A stretch of 64,000 nucleotides of DNA from an uncultured Gammaproteobacteria bacterium (GCA_963827755.1 CAWHCQ010000011.1:128001-192000); one strand, 5' to 3'; counted from the first letter of the stretch, positions 32,576 to 43,861 are shown. Notes: generated from the letters alone by a model not told the origin. Program-made: numbers and translations.

Positions 32576-33226
32576 ATGAATAACAGTCTCAGAAACGACT
32601 ATCTCAAGGCCATGGGCGTGCAGCAGTGGGTTGCACGTGATGCTGTTGCTACAGTTGATTCACTGGACTGGGCGGAGCTTGAGAAGCGGGTGTCTGGCTG
32701 CAAGCTGTGCGGACTGCAGGAAAGTCGCAGCCGGACCGTGTTCGGTGCCGGTAACCGGAATGCAGACTGGCTGGTGATCGGTGAGGCCCCGGGAGCCGAA
32801 GAAGACCGCCAGGGCGAGCCCTTTGTTGGTCCGGCCGGCCAATTGCTGAACGCGATGCTGTTTGCTGTCGGGTTGCAGCGCGAGGATGTCTATATCTGCA
32901 ATATTCTCAAATGCCGGCCACCGGACAACCGCAATCCGTCAAGGCAGGAAGTCGCTCACTGCCATGCCTACCTGCAGCGGCAGATCGAGCTGATTGATCC
33001 CCGCCTGATCCTGGCGGTAGGCGGGGTCGCTGCAAACAGCCTGCTCGATATGAATGAAAAGGTAGGGCAGTTGCGCGGCAAGGTACACACCTGGGGTGTG
33101 CAGGGAATCCCGCTGGTGGTTACCTATCACCCTGCTTACCTGTTGCGTTCGCCACTGGAAAAGCGCAAGGTCTGGGATGATCTGGTGTTTGCCCGGTCAA
33201 TCTGCGCGAGCGGGCATGACGGGTAA
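32576..33226 (+). CDS. Uracil-DNA glycosylase, family 4
   Basis: CKLC, GEAPG, PFVG, KCRPP.NR, TYHPAYLLR. Confidence 0.93.
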   Translation: MNNSLRNDYLKAMGVQQWVARDAVATVDSLDWAELEKRVSGCKLCGLQESRSRTVFGAGNRNADWLVIGEAPGAEEDRQGEPFVGPAGQLLNAMLFAVGLQREDVYICNILKCRPPDNRNPSRQEVAHCHAYLQRQIELIDPRLILAVGGVAANSLLDMNEKVGQLRGKVHTWGVQGIPLVVTYHPAYLLRSPLEKRKVWDDLVFARSICASGHDG

Positions 33227-33259
33227 GATCCTCTAATCGGTTATATTATCAGTCAAGAT

Positions 33260-33724
33260 ATGAGCGCCATACTGAAAGAACCGGCACTGGATATCCGCCC
33301 CATGCAAGAGGCGGATCTGGCCGAGGTGCTCGAGATAGAACGCGACAGTTACCCCTTTCCGTGGAGCAGTACTATCTTCACGGACTGTCTGCATGCCGGT
33401 TACAGTTGCTGGGTTTTCGTGCGCAGCGGGATCATCGAGGGTTATGGCGTGCTCAGCGTGGCAGCCGGCGAGTCCCACCTGTTGAATATCTGTGTACGCA
33501 AGGCGTCTCGTAAACAGGGGCTGGGCGCAAAGATGCTGACGCACCTGACGGCGATAGCCCGGCGGCATGAGGCGGAAGTGCTTTTTCTGGAAGTGCGTAT
33601 GTCCAACAAGGCCGCTCGCAGGCTGTATGAATTTGCCGGTTTTAACGAGCTCGGCACCCGGCGGAACTATTATCCGACTGATAACGGACGCGAGGACGCG
33701 CTTATTTTTGCGCGCACACTCTGA
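33260..33724 (+). CDS. rimI: Ribosomal protein S18 alanine N-acetyltransferase
   Basis: HLLNICV, FLEVRMSN, RRNYY...REDA. Confidence 0.93.
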   Translation: MSAILKEPALDIRPMQEADLAEVLEIERDSYPFPWSSTIFTDCLHAGYSCWVFVRSGIIEGYGVLSVAAGESHLLNICVRKASRKQGLGAKMLTHLTAIARRHEAEVLFLEVRMSNKAARRLYEFAGFNELGTRRNYYPTDNGREDALIFARTL

Positions 33725-33900
33725 CTCGTGGACGGTACGTATGCGATCGTGCCGCCCGTATCGGCAGGTTGGCCCTGGATAGCGAATCTTTCCTGCAACC
33801 CGGGGGCCGGCAACACGGCCAATGCCTGATTTTCCACCTGTTTACGCCGCTCTTCAGGTAGAATACGCCACCCTTTTGCATGTGATTTCTCCCGGTTGAT

Positions 33901-35481
33901 ATGAGCAGTTACGAATACGAAGTGGCGCGCCGCCGCACCTTTGCCATTATTTCCCACCCGGATGCGGGCAAGACCACCCTGACTGAAAAGCTGCTGCTGT
34001 TTGGCGGCGCCATTCAACTGGCCGGTACCGTCAAGGGTCGCAAGGCCGCACGCCATGCAACATCTGACTGGATGGAACTGGAGAAGCAGCGTGGCATCTC
34101 GGTGACTTCATCGGTCATGCAGTTTCCCTATGGTGACAACATCGTCAACCTGCTGGATACGCCTGGCCACGAGGACTTCTCCGAGGACACCTACCGGACG
34201 CTGACGGCGGTTGACTCGGCCCTGATGGTGATCGATTGTGCCAAGGGTGTCGAGCAACGCACCATCAAGCTGATGGATGTCTGCCGCCTGCGTGATACCC
34301 CGATCTGCACATTTATCAACAAGCTTGACCGCGAGGGACGTGAGCCCATCGAGCTGCTGGACGAGATCGAGGAGATTCTCAAGATCGAGTGTGCGCCGGT
34401 TACCTGGCCAGTCGGGATGGGCAAGCGTCTAAGAGGTATTTATCACCTGCAGGATGATGCGGTGCACCTGTACGCGCCGGGGAAGAACAATCAGCGCCAG
34501 GATGTGAAAGTCATCCAGGGCCTGGACAACCCCTTGCTCGACGAGGTGATCGGTGACCATGCGGCAGAACTGCGCGATGAGATCGAACTCGTAAAAGGGG
34601 CCAGTCACGGGTTCGACCGGGAGGCCTACCTGAAAGGCCGGTTAACGCCGGTATTCTTCGGCTCTGCAATCAATAATTTCGGTGTAACCGAGTTGCTGGA
34701 TCACTTCGTGGCAACAGCACCCTCACCGGTAGCGCGAGCAACGATGACGCGAACCGTGAGCCCGAAAGAGGAGAATTTTTCGGGATTCGTTTTCAAGATA
34801 CAGGCCAACATGGACCCGGCGCACCGTGACCGTATTGCCTTCCTGCGGATTTGCTCGGGGACTTACAGCAAGGGCATGAAGATGCGCCACGTGCGTATCG
34901 GGCGCGATGTGCAGGTTTCCAATGCCGTGACCTTCATGGCCTCCGACCGCGGGCATGTTGATGAAGCATACAGCGGCGACATAATCGGCCTGCATAATCA
35001 TGGCACCATCCGTATCGGTGATACCTTTACGCAGGGAGAGGACCTTAAATTTACCGGGATACCGAGTTTTGCCCCGGAACTGTTTCAGCGCGCGATCCTG
35101 AAAGACCCCTTGCGGATGAAGGCGTTGCAGAAAGGGCTGGACCAGTTATGTGAAGAAGGGGCTACCCAGCTATTCAAGCCAATGAAAAACAATGACCTGA
35201 TCCTGGGTGCGGTGGGCGTCCTGCAGTTTGATGTGGTCGCGCACCGCCTGAAAAATGAGTATAAGGTGGAGTGCCAGTTCGAGTCGGTGGCGGTTGCAAC
35301 CGCGCGCTGGGTTGAATTCGAGGATGCGGCGACCGAACAGCGCTTTCGCGACAAGGCCTTTGAATACCTTGGAGAGGACCAGAGCGGTGCACTGGTCTAT
35401 ATCGCACCCACACGCGTCAACCTGCAGCTTGCGATAGAGAAATGGCCGGATGTGAAATTTCACGCGACCAGGGAGCATTAG
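33901..35481 (+). CDS. prfC: Peptide chain release factor 3
   Basis: [30 protein letters not shown]. Confidence 0.98.
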   Translation: MSSYEYEVARRRTFAIISHPDAGKTTLTEKLLLFGGAIQLAGTVKGRKAARHATSDWMELEKQRGISVTSSVMQFPYGDNIVNLLDTPGHEDFSEDTYRTLTAVDSALMVIDCAKGVEQRTIKLMDVCRLRDTPICTFINKLDREGREPIELLDEIEEILKIECAPVTWPVGMGKRLRGIYHLQDDAVHLYAPGKNNQRQDVKVIQGLDNPLLDEVIGDHAAELRDEIELVKGASHGFDREAYLKGRLTPVFFGSAINNFGVTELLDHFVATAPSPVARATMTRTVSPKEENFSGFVFKIQANMDPAHRDRIAFLRICSGTYSKGMKMRHVRIGRDVQVSNAVTFMASDRGHVDEAYSGDIIGLHNHGTIRIGDTFTQGEDLKFTGIPSFAPELFQRAILKDPLRMKALQKGLDQLCEEGATQLFKPMKNNDLILGAVGVLQFDVVAHRLKNEYKVECQFESVAVATARWVEFEDAATEQRFRDKAFEYLGEDQSGALVYIAPTRVNLQLAIEKWPDVKFHATREH

Positions 35482-35548
35482 GCAAGCTGTGATTCTCCCG
35501 CCATTGCCGCTTTGCCAAGGCGACCCGCGATGACAGATCTTTCGGGAT

Positions 35549-36016
35549 TTAAAATTCTATCCAGGTAATGATGTGATCTTCCAGCTCTTCCTTGAGAACA
35601 TCTGTTTCGCTCACGGTTCTGCCGTGTACGGAAATACCGGCCCGACGCACACTCTCCGGGTCGCCTGATAACAAGGGGTGCCATGCCTCCAGCTGCTGGC
35701 CGTTTGCCAGGCGTCGATAGGCGCAGCTCGCTGGCAGCCAGTCGAACTGCTCCTGCCTGTCGGGGGACAACAGCATGCAATCGCTGACCAGGGACTCGCG
35801 CTCCGGGTAATTCGTACAGTGGCACGAATTCTCATCCAGCAGGCGGCAGGCAACATTTGTATAAAACAACAACCCTGAATCAATATCTTCCAGCTTGTGC
35901 AGGCAGCAGCGGCCGCAGCCATCACAGAGCGACTCCCATTCTCCCGGGGTCATCTCCTGCAGTGATTTTGTATTCCAAAATGTCCGGGCTTCTGTAACCA
36001 TGGGCAAGGTGTCCAT
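35549..36016 (-). CDS. YcgN family cysteine cluster protein
   Basis: WESLCDGCGRCCL, WLPASCAYR, WHPL.SG. Confidence 0.92.
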   Translation of the reverse strand: MDTLPMVTEARTFWNTKSLQEMTPGEWESLCDGCGRCCLHKLEDIDSGLLFYTNVACRLLDENSCHCTNYPERESLVSDCMLLSPDRQEQFDWLPASCAYRRLANGQQLEAWHPLLSGDPESVRRAGISVHGRTVSETDVLKEELEDHIITWIEF

Positions 36017-36072
36017 TCCTGTTGCTGATGATTATCCATGAAAAGCACTCTCTTTGGCGAACAAGGTCGACC

Positions 36073-37329
36073 ATGAGCCTGGAGCGGCAGAAATGGGGCT
36101 GGGCGATGTATGACTGGGCCAACTCGGCCTTCGCCACCACGGTAATGGCCGGTTTTTTCCCGGTATTTTTTAAAGACTACTGGAATGCAGGACTGGATCC
36201 GGTAGACAGCACTTTTCGACTGGGTATCGCCAATTCCCTCGCCAGCCTGCTGATCGTGCTGCTGGCGCCGCTGCTGGGGGCCGTGGCAGACAGGCTCGCC
36301 TGGCGCAAGGCCATGTTGCTGGCATTTGCATTGCTGGGTTCGCTGATGACTGCGGGGCTGTACCTGGTCGGACAGGGAGACTGGCAGCTGGCCATGTTTC
36401 TTTATATTTTCGCCGTCATCGGTTTCTCGGGCAGTAATATTTTCTATGATTCCCTGTTGCCGTTTGTCAGCCGCGAAAAGGACATGGACAGGGTCTCCGC
36501 ACTGGGGTTTTCACTCGGCTACCTTGGTGGTGGCGTGCTGCTTTCATTGAACGTTGGCATGACCCTGCATCCGGAATGGTTCGGCCTGTCAAGTTCAGTC
36601 AGCGCGGTGCAATGTTCATTTCTTGTTGTCGCTGCCTGGTGGCTGGTGTTTTCCATCCCCCTGTTCCTGTTTGTCGAGGAACCGGATGGCATCCGATCGA
36701 ACTTTTCCGTGCAGGTGTTGCTGGCAGGATTCCGGCGTGTCTGGCAGACACTGCACGAGGTCAGGCAGTTACGAAACGTATGGATGTTCCTGGTGGCCTA
36801 CTGGCTGTATATCGACGGCGTCGATACCATTGTCCGCATGGCGGTTGATTACGGAATGTCACTTGGATTTGACAGAAACAGCCTGATTCTTGCGTTACTG
36901 CTGACGCAATTTACGGGTTTTCCCTCGGCCTTGCTGTTTGGCAGGCTGGGCGGCCATTTCGGGGCAAGAGCCGGCATCCTGTTCGGCCTGTCCATTTATG
37001 TACTGGTAACGGTGTGGGCATCACGCATGTCGACAACCGCAGAATTCTATTACCTGGCAGTCATCATCGGATTTGCACAGGGCGGTGTTCAGGCGCTGAG
37101 CCGGTCACTGTATGCGCGCATGATTCCTGCGGGACGCAGTGCAGAATTCTTCGGTTTTTATAATATGCTCGGCAAGTTTGCCGCAATTATCGGTCCTTTT
37201 ATGGTGGGCTGGGTCGGCGCGCTGTCCGGTAATCCACGTACCGGTATTTTATCCTTGCTGCTCTTGTTCGTGGCCGGTGCGGCCTTGCTGCTGAAGGTCA
37301 GGGAGTCTGGCCCTGCCCGGTCCGTATGA
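36073..37329 (+). CDS. MFS transporter (UMF1/ATG22-like)
   Basis: WAMYDWANSAF, GYLGGG, QALSRS; about 12 TM helices. Confidence 0.88.
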   Translation: MSLERQKWGWAMYDWANSAFATTVMAGFFPVFFKDYWNAGLDPVDSTFRLGIANSLASLLIVLLAPLLGAVADRLAWRKAMLLAFALLGSLMTAGLYLVGQGDWQLAMFLYIFAVIGFSGSNIFYDSLLPFVSREKDMDRVSALGFSLGYLGGGVLLSLNVGMTLHPEWFGLSSSVSAVQCSFLVVAAWWLVFSIPLFLFVEEPDGIRSNFSVQVLLAGFRRVWQTLHEVRQLRNVWMFLVAYWLYIDGVDTIVRMAVDYGMSLGFDRNSLILALLLTQFTGFPSALLFGRLGGHFGARAGILFGLSIYVLVTVWASRMSTTAEFYYLAVIIGFAQGGVQALSRSLYARMIPAGRSAEFFGFYNMLGKFAAIIGPFMVGWVGALSGNPRTGILSLLLLFVAGAALLLKVRESGPARSV

Positions 37330-37518
37330 TTGTCATTCACCGCAGCCAGGCAGACGGGCGGCATCGGTTGCCGGTTTTGCAGGGCGGAACCCTGTTTTTA
37401 TGCGCTGAAAATACAGTATGTGTTATTTCATCGGCTGTCTGGATACAACATACTGTGTTCGGAGGCGTCCTGGATGTGTTCCAGGAAATTTTATAACCGA
37501 CTGAATTTTAGTAATTAT

Positions 37519-37547
37519 TTGAATATGTATAATAAAAACAATATAAT
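37519..37547 (+). promoter_or_regulatory. Sigma-70-like promoter upstream of rpfF, in a very AT-rich stretch
   Basis: TTGAAT-17 bp-TATAAT; GAGGAG RBS before ATG 37599. Confidence 0.55.
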
Positions 37548-37598
37548 ATCTGTGCTAATTATTAAACCAATTATAAATCGACCCGAGGAGTTCGTGTC

Positions 37599-38499
37599 AT
37601 GCATGATTATGTCGACCTGTTGCAACGACGTCTGCAGCATCTCAAGGTAAGTCACGATGCCTCCTCGAGAGCGATATGGGTCGAATTCAAATACGATAAC
37701 CGTCCCTGTTTTTCCACTGAATTGCTCGAGGACGTCTGGACCGTGCAGCGTTCCATCCGCCAGGCCGCCCTGTCCGGCTATCATGAAAATCGTGATGACA
37801 GGCTTCTCTTTCAGGTAATCGCTTCTACCGACAAAAACGTATTCAGTATGGGGGGTGACCTGGCTTACTTTATCGGGCTGATCGAGGCGAATGATGAAGA
37901 AGGTCTCAGGGACTATGCGAAACGTTGTATCGACATTCAGTACGCCACTATAAGTCATTACGATATACCGTTTACAAGCATTGCATGCGTGGGCGGGGAA
38001 GCCCTGGGCGGTGGATTCGAGGCCGCGTTATCAGCCAATGTGCTGGTTGCCGAGCAGCAGGCACGCTTCGGTTTCCCGGAGATTACATTTGGCATGTTCC
38101 CCGGGATGGGCGCTTTATCGCTGCTGACACGAAAGATCAACCCGTCAATGGCGCGCCGGCTTAGTCATGGACCATCGTATCTACACAGCTGCAGAATTAT
38201 ATGAAATGGGTGTGGTCGATATCCTGGCAGCGGAAGATGAAGGGCGAGCCGCTGTCAATGACTATATGCAACGCCACATATCGCTGGCCCCCGGATACCA
38301 CGGTTTCCAGGCGGCGATTGACCGGGTTAACCCGGTTAATTATGAAGAAATGTGTGACGTTGTCGGGCTTTGGGTGCAGGCTGCGTTACAGACTACCGAA
38401 AAGAACCGGCGCCTGATGGCCTACTTTGCCCGCGCCCAGGCAAGACGAAGTATCAGTTCTGAAAATATGGCTGAAGTCGTTGATTATAATTCAGCCTGA
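37599..38499 (+). CDS. rpfF: DSF synthase RpfF (crotonase superfamily); apparent +1 indel near 38163 splits it into ORFs 37599-38204 and 38167-38499
   Basis: RPCFS, FSMGGDL, ALGGGFEAALS and GFPEITFGMFPGMGA (both catalytic Glu present), then IYTAAELYEMGVVD; convergent with an RpfC-type kinase. Confidence 0.9.
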
Positions 38500-38514
38500 T
38501 CAATAAATGATTTG

Positions 38515-41100
38515 TCAGTTGAGCGCGGCCCTTTTCTCAAATGCAGTTAGCTTGATCTGAAGCAGCTGGACAGCGTCATCTGTTGCGCGACTGATGGCCT
38601 GCGCATGTGTAATACCTTTACTGTCAAATTCATCAGCACCAATGTTCTGTGCAACCTTGCTGAGATATGCGAGCCGGGTTAGCCCAAGGTAAAGTGCACA
38701 TCCCTTGAGGGCATGAGCATGATCGCTGAACGCAGTCCGGTTATGAGCAGCTAAAGCGGATTCAAGGCCCTCGAGATCATTTCTTGCATCGGTTTCGAAA
38801 TTCCTGATCAGTTCGATAACGAAATCATAATTTCCTTCTGTAAGGTTCACGAGTTTTTCAAACTCCTCAGCATCCAGAACCGGAAATGATTCCAGGTCAG
38901 GGTCCGGCTGCGTTTCCTGCGGTTTCGCTTCGGTGGAAAACACGGCATCTGTATCATCAGTATGTAAGGATGCGAAGGTCTCCTGGAGCTTGAACAGTGA
39001 TACAGGCTTGGTAAGGAACAGGTCAATTCCAGCGGCCTCGCAAGTCGCCCTGCATTCTTCAGTAGCATCTGCTGTAAGGATGATGAATGGAATGGGCGGA
39101 TGACCGCCATGCGCAAAACAGTAGGCCTGGTAGGCTTCAATTCCTCCAAGATCCGGCATATTCTTGTCGACGATTACTGCATCGTACGCGCTGTCCTCAA
39201 GTGCGGTAAGGATTGCTTCACCACCATCTACGATGGTGTACTGGTGCCCGAGTTTGTCGAGCATACGCTGCAATACAAGCCGGTTGGTCGCGCTGTCGTC
39301 GCCAACAAGAATACGTAAGGGTCTGCCTGATTTCTGTTCAATGACCTGTTGGTGTGAGAAGTGAATCACATCGTCCTCCTTGCTGTGCCTCGAATAACAG
39401 GCATGTAGTACATTGATAAGAATATTTCCCTCCAGTGGTGGCTCCAGGACGAAAACCTGGTCCTGATTATTTTCATTGATGTTGACTGGATACTGCTCTG
39501 TCCCGATGAGGATTATTTTCACCCCGTCGGGGATGCTCGTATCCTCACCAGAGAGTATTCCCGCGAGTTTCTGCTCATACGGCATACTGTCTATTATCAG
39601 GGCTGTATGGTTGCCCTGAGTGAATAGCAGCCGGCCTGCCTGATCGAAAGTTGTTGCCAGATCACAGGGCATGTTCCATTCTTTCAGGCTGGCGGGGATG
39701 CTGTCCTCTGCATCTGCCTGCGGGTTTAGATACACTACCCGGCATCGGCTGGTCCATGCCTGACCGTTCACGGCCGCAGCCCGGGTGTTGGCCGCAAACG
39801 GGATATCGAACCAGAAGGTAGAACCCACACCCGGGGTACTCTGTACACCGATTTGTCCGCCCATCAATTCGACAAGGTTCTTGCAGATGGTCGTGCCCAG
39901 CCCGGTGCCGCCATAATTTCTCGATACGCTGCTATCGGCCTGGGTGAATGGTTCAAAGATCGCCTGGATCCGGTCTGCAGGTATGCCCGTGCCTGTATCG
40001 GCAACCTCGAATCTCAATACGGTCTGACCGGTGTCAATATCGCGTGGATATATACGTATGGAGATGATTCCCTGTGCGGTAAACTTGATAGCGTTTCCGA
40101 CTAAATTGATAATGATTTGCTGGAGTTTATCCGGGTCACCGGTTAGCAGAAAGGGCGTTCGCGGGTCAATTATTTCCTGCAGTTGCAGGCGTTTCCCCTC
40201 TATCTGGGGCTGAAAAATTCGCATGGTTGTGTTGATCAGGGCATAAAGATCAAATTCAATTTGTTCCAGTGTTAATTGACCGGCCTCGATTTTTGACAGG
40301 TCGAGAATCTCGTTAATCTGCCGTGCGAGAGCATGACCGGAAGCATAAATGGTGTCAACATATTCCCTGTCTTCAGGTTCCAGCGGTCTTAATTTCAGCA
40401 AGTCTGTCATGCCAAGAATGCCGTTAAGCGGGGTACGGATTTCGTGTGACATACAGGAAAGAAAATCACTCTTCGCGCGGCTTGCGTCATCTGCGCGCTG
40501 CCGGGCTTCGTAGAGTCGTCGGATCAAGACGGCGGAATAGGCCGGGATCAACAGTAAAGTACATGCTAGGCCAATTGCCAATTCTTGCGTGGGTCGTCCA
40601 GTAAGGGGTGAATTTTGCAACAAATGCAAAACCTAGAAGTGATACAGAGGCAGACAGATAAAGATATTTCTCGCCGTAGCGGAACCCATTGCCGAGTGTT
40701 ACCCAAAGGTAAACACCAAACCATGGTGCGCCCATATGGTCCAGTTACATAAAGTCCATAACTTAATAGCCCCAATATCTCACAAGATACCTAATAATTC
40801 GTCTTGAGGAGGATGGCATATTGCCAGATATGCTAGAGAAGATGTGAGATAATAATAGTGCAAAATCAGGAATGATCAGGATAAACCAATATTCCTTTTG
40901 ACCAATAGTTCAGATACCTGCGTTATCCTCATGGTTTAATTATCAAATAAATAGATCATGAAAGCGATAGGGTATAGCGAGTACGTAGTACTGCTTGTTC
41001 TTGCTCAGGAGATCCTGTCCAGCCAATCAGATCTTAGGCACATCTTGAGCTTATGCAATGAGTCTTTGCTTGGAGAATTTTGTGCCTGGGCTGTAGTCAT
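38515..41100 (-). CDS. rpfC: RpfC-type DSF sensor hybrid histidine kinase (TM-HisKA-HATPase-REC-HPt); several indels between ~40590 and 41040
   Basis: Pieces across frames from ATG 41100: [27 protein letters not shown]; then [68 protein letters not shown]. Confidence 0.88.
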
Positions 41101-41186
41101 TGCTCTTTTTTAACCTGCACTGGAAGGTATTCCTGTTAACAAGACGGATAACGGCAGCGCAGGTATAATGCTTTAAGCGTCATTCT

Positions 41187-41444
41187 GTGGAGAATAATTG
41201 CTTGTTGCAAGATACTGTAATTAAAGAAATATCTTCTCATCTCAAGTGCCGGCCTGGAGATATCACGCTGGACATGCGCCTGGACGAATTGGGGATCGAT
41301 TCACTGGGGGCTATTACTATCATGTACGAACTGGAAGACCGGCTGGATGTTGAAATTCCCAATGAAGTCTTTGATAAACTCACAATAGTCAATGACATTG
41401 TGAATCAACTGGAACTCCTGCTGGGAAATAGAAATTCGGAATGA
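41187..41444 (+). CDS. Acyl carrier protein (NodF-like); the start may be TTG 41202
   Basis: LGIDSLG phosphopantetheine site; its stop overlaps the ketosynthase ATG (ATGA). Confidence 0.9.
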   Translation: MENNCLLQDTVIKEISSHLKCRPGDITLDMRLDELGIDSLGAITIMYELEDRLDVEIPNEVFDKLTIVNDIVNQLELLLGNRNSE

Positions 41445-42662
41445 CAGGCCGGGTTGTCATTACAGGCCTTGGCAGCGTCTGCGGACTGGGTGTCGGTGTT
41501 GCGGCTTTCTGGGATGCTCTCTGCCGGGGACATACATCCATCGGGCCGCTGACAGGATTTGCGGACGATGTAAAGATTCAAACCGGTTCTCGACTGGAGG
41601 GTTTCCAGCCGGAGCAATACTTCCCGCGGGATGTACTGCCACTCCTTGATCGTTTCTCGCAGTTCGCACTATTGGCGGCACGGGAGGCTGTCGAGGATGC
41701 CGGGCTTGCTGCAGGCAGTGAAGATCCTGAGGCAGGCGGCCGCCATTATCGGGACGGGTTGTGGCGGAAAGCAGACGGATGAAGAAACTTATACAAAGCT
41801 CTACAAGGAGCAGGGCAAGCGTGTCCACCCGCTGACCATTCCCAGGGGTATGCCCAGTGCAGCAGCCAGCATGGTCAGCCAGCAGATTGGCATCAAGGGC
41901 CCGGTCTTTTCGGTTACCAGTGCATGTGCGTCTGGCGCCCATGCAATCATCCAGGGCCGCATGATGATTCAGTCGGGGCTGGTGGATATTGCCCTGGTCG
42001 GGGGGACCGATGCCCCTTTCACCTATGGTCTGTTGAAGGCCTGGGAAGCCTTGCGGGTCGTGTCGAATGATACCTGCCGTCCATTTTCAAGCGACCGGTC
42101 CGGCATGGTGCTGGGAGAAGGCGCCGGGATGCTGATCCTGGAGTCTGAACGGCATGCAAGCCGGCGTGGTGCGCGTATTTATGCCGAATTTGCCGGTTGT
42201 GGCATGTCATCTGATGCAGGTCATATTACCCGTCCGGATATAGACGGTATTTCCAGGGCGATAACAGCTGCCCTTGAAGATGCCGCATTGCCCACAGAAT
42301 CGGTGGATTACATTAATGCACATGGTACGGGTACGGTTGCCAACGATCTGGCTGAAACGCAGGCGATAAACAGGGTATTTGGCAGGCATGCCGGCGCCCT
42401 GGCGGTTTCTTCAACCAAGTCGATGCATGGGCATGCGCTTGGGGCAGCCAGTGCGCTGGAACTGGTTGCCACAACCCTGGCGGTGGTAAACAACAGGATA
42501 CCGCCTACGGCAAATTTTACAGGGCCCGGGGAGGGATGTGATCTGGATTATGTGCCCAACCTGGCACGAGAGAAACAGGTTGATGTTGCCCTGTCCAATG
42601 CATTTGCCTTCGGTGGATTGAATGCCGTCATAGCATTGAAATCCTGGGTGCCCGGTGGTTAA
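41441..42662 (+). CDS. Beta-ketoacyl-ACP synthase, FabF family, NodE-like; apparent +1 indel near 41723
   Basis: RVVITGLG, DRFSQFA, TSACAS (Cys), NAHGTGT (His), STKSMHGH (His), SNAFAFGG. Confidence 0.9.
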
Positions 42663-43743
42663 TTAGCCAGGTTTTCTAAACAGGTAGTGGCTGTTACCGT
42701 AGACTGTGCCTTCCATGGGCGCGAAGACGGCCTTGCAGAGTGAAAAGTATTCATTCCAGTGGGCGATTGCCCTGGTATCAAAGACCGATTTGTACAGGGA
42801 AGGGATGTTGTTCCAGTAGCGCCTGTGCCATTCATCCAGTGTCCGCCAGTAATTAAGTCCATTTATAAACCAGTTTCCTTCCAGGTCGAGAATGGTCTGT
42901 ATGACGAAAGAATTCGGCATGAGGCCAGACTCTTCCACCAGGGAAATATATACCAATTCTTGTCTTAGTTGGGTCTAGAAATTGTGGGATGACAATCTTT
43001 GAGGTAATAAAATGATTGAATGATCTGCCGCCTGGAATGAGTAGTTTACTTATCTTTTCATGTATCAGAGCTGCATGTTGTATACATGCTCAAATACTGC
43101 AACTGGATATTACAAGATCGATAGTTTAGATTTCCCAAGCTTCATTAAAGGTAGTTTGTTCGAAAGTACCTTCTATTAATTTAAATTTCCCACTACCTAG
43201 AATAGTCTGACGGATTTTGCAATCGTTCTGTCTCAGGTATGCGATTTGTACAGTGCTTGGGGTAATGCCAACAATCTCAAGATCGGGAAATTCCTCTAAA
43301 AGATAGGTCTCGAGAGACCCAAACCCACAGCCAATGTTGAGAATGCGCTCATGGCCTTCTATTCTTGCGCGTTTTGCAATCAGCGCGAACTTGGCCCGTT
43401 GTGCTTCTTCCAGTGATGCGCTGGAGGAGCGAATTATCTCAGGGGATTCACCATAGTAGGCCATTGAATAGGCCATGTATCGCGTATCAAGAAAGCTTGC
43501 AAAGAATTCCGGCCGCTCATCATAGTGGCTGTCCATCAGGGCTTCTGTTTCTTCCATCATCGGGCCCTGGTCTGTTGATATGCCCAATGATTGGAGAGTA
43601 ACAGGGTTATCTGAAAGGCGCCTGTATTCACGCTCGAAGTAGCGGACCAGATGGTCTTCATGCCTGGCAAGTTCATCGCTACCCGGGCCAAAAATATTCT
43701 TGCTGGCGAGCAGGTCGCTGATTTCTTTATCGAGAATTGCCAT
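42663..43743 (-). CDS. SAM-dependent methyltransferase, cyclopropane-fatty-acid synthase (CMAS) family; several indels between ~42900 and 43200
   Basis: HYD...FF..FLD.RYMAYSMAYY, SLEEAQRAK, ILNIGCGFGSL; shifted frames give AVFEH, LIPGG, YFPGG, NYWRTLDEW, WNEYFSLC. Confidence 0.82.
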
Positions 43744-43861
43744 CAGATATTCGGATTACTGATCCTGTTGCAGGATATCGCTCGTGGAATGTGAGCGAGT
43801 GTAACCCATAATTTGCAAACTGGCAGCAGCCAGGATCAGGGGGGTAAGAGTCGTATGGACC

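Noticed and set aside
37330-37650. 106-aa ORF upstream of rpfF
   Set aside because: Atypical composition, spans the AT-rich promoter and overlaps rpfF; most likely spurious.
37599-38499. Ordinary beta-oxidation enoyl-CoA hydratase
   Set aside because: The RPCF and FPGMGA motifs plus adjacent RpfC- and RpfG-type genes identify it as RpfF-type.
41187-42662. Housekeeping acpP-fabF, or a complete type II PKS/aryl-polyene cluster
   Set aside because: No flanking fabD/fabG/fabH, chain-length factor, ketoreductase or cyclase, and the ACP motif differs from AcpP.
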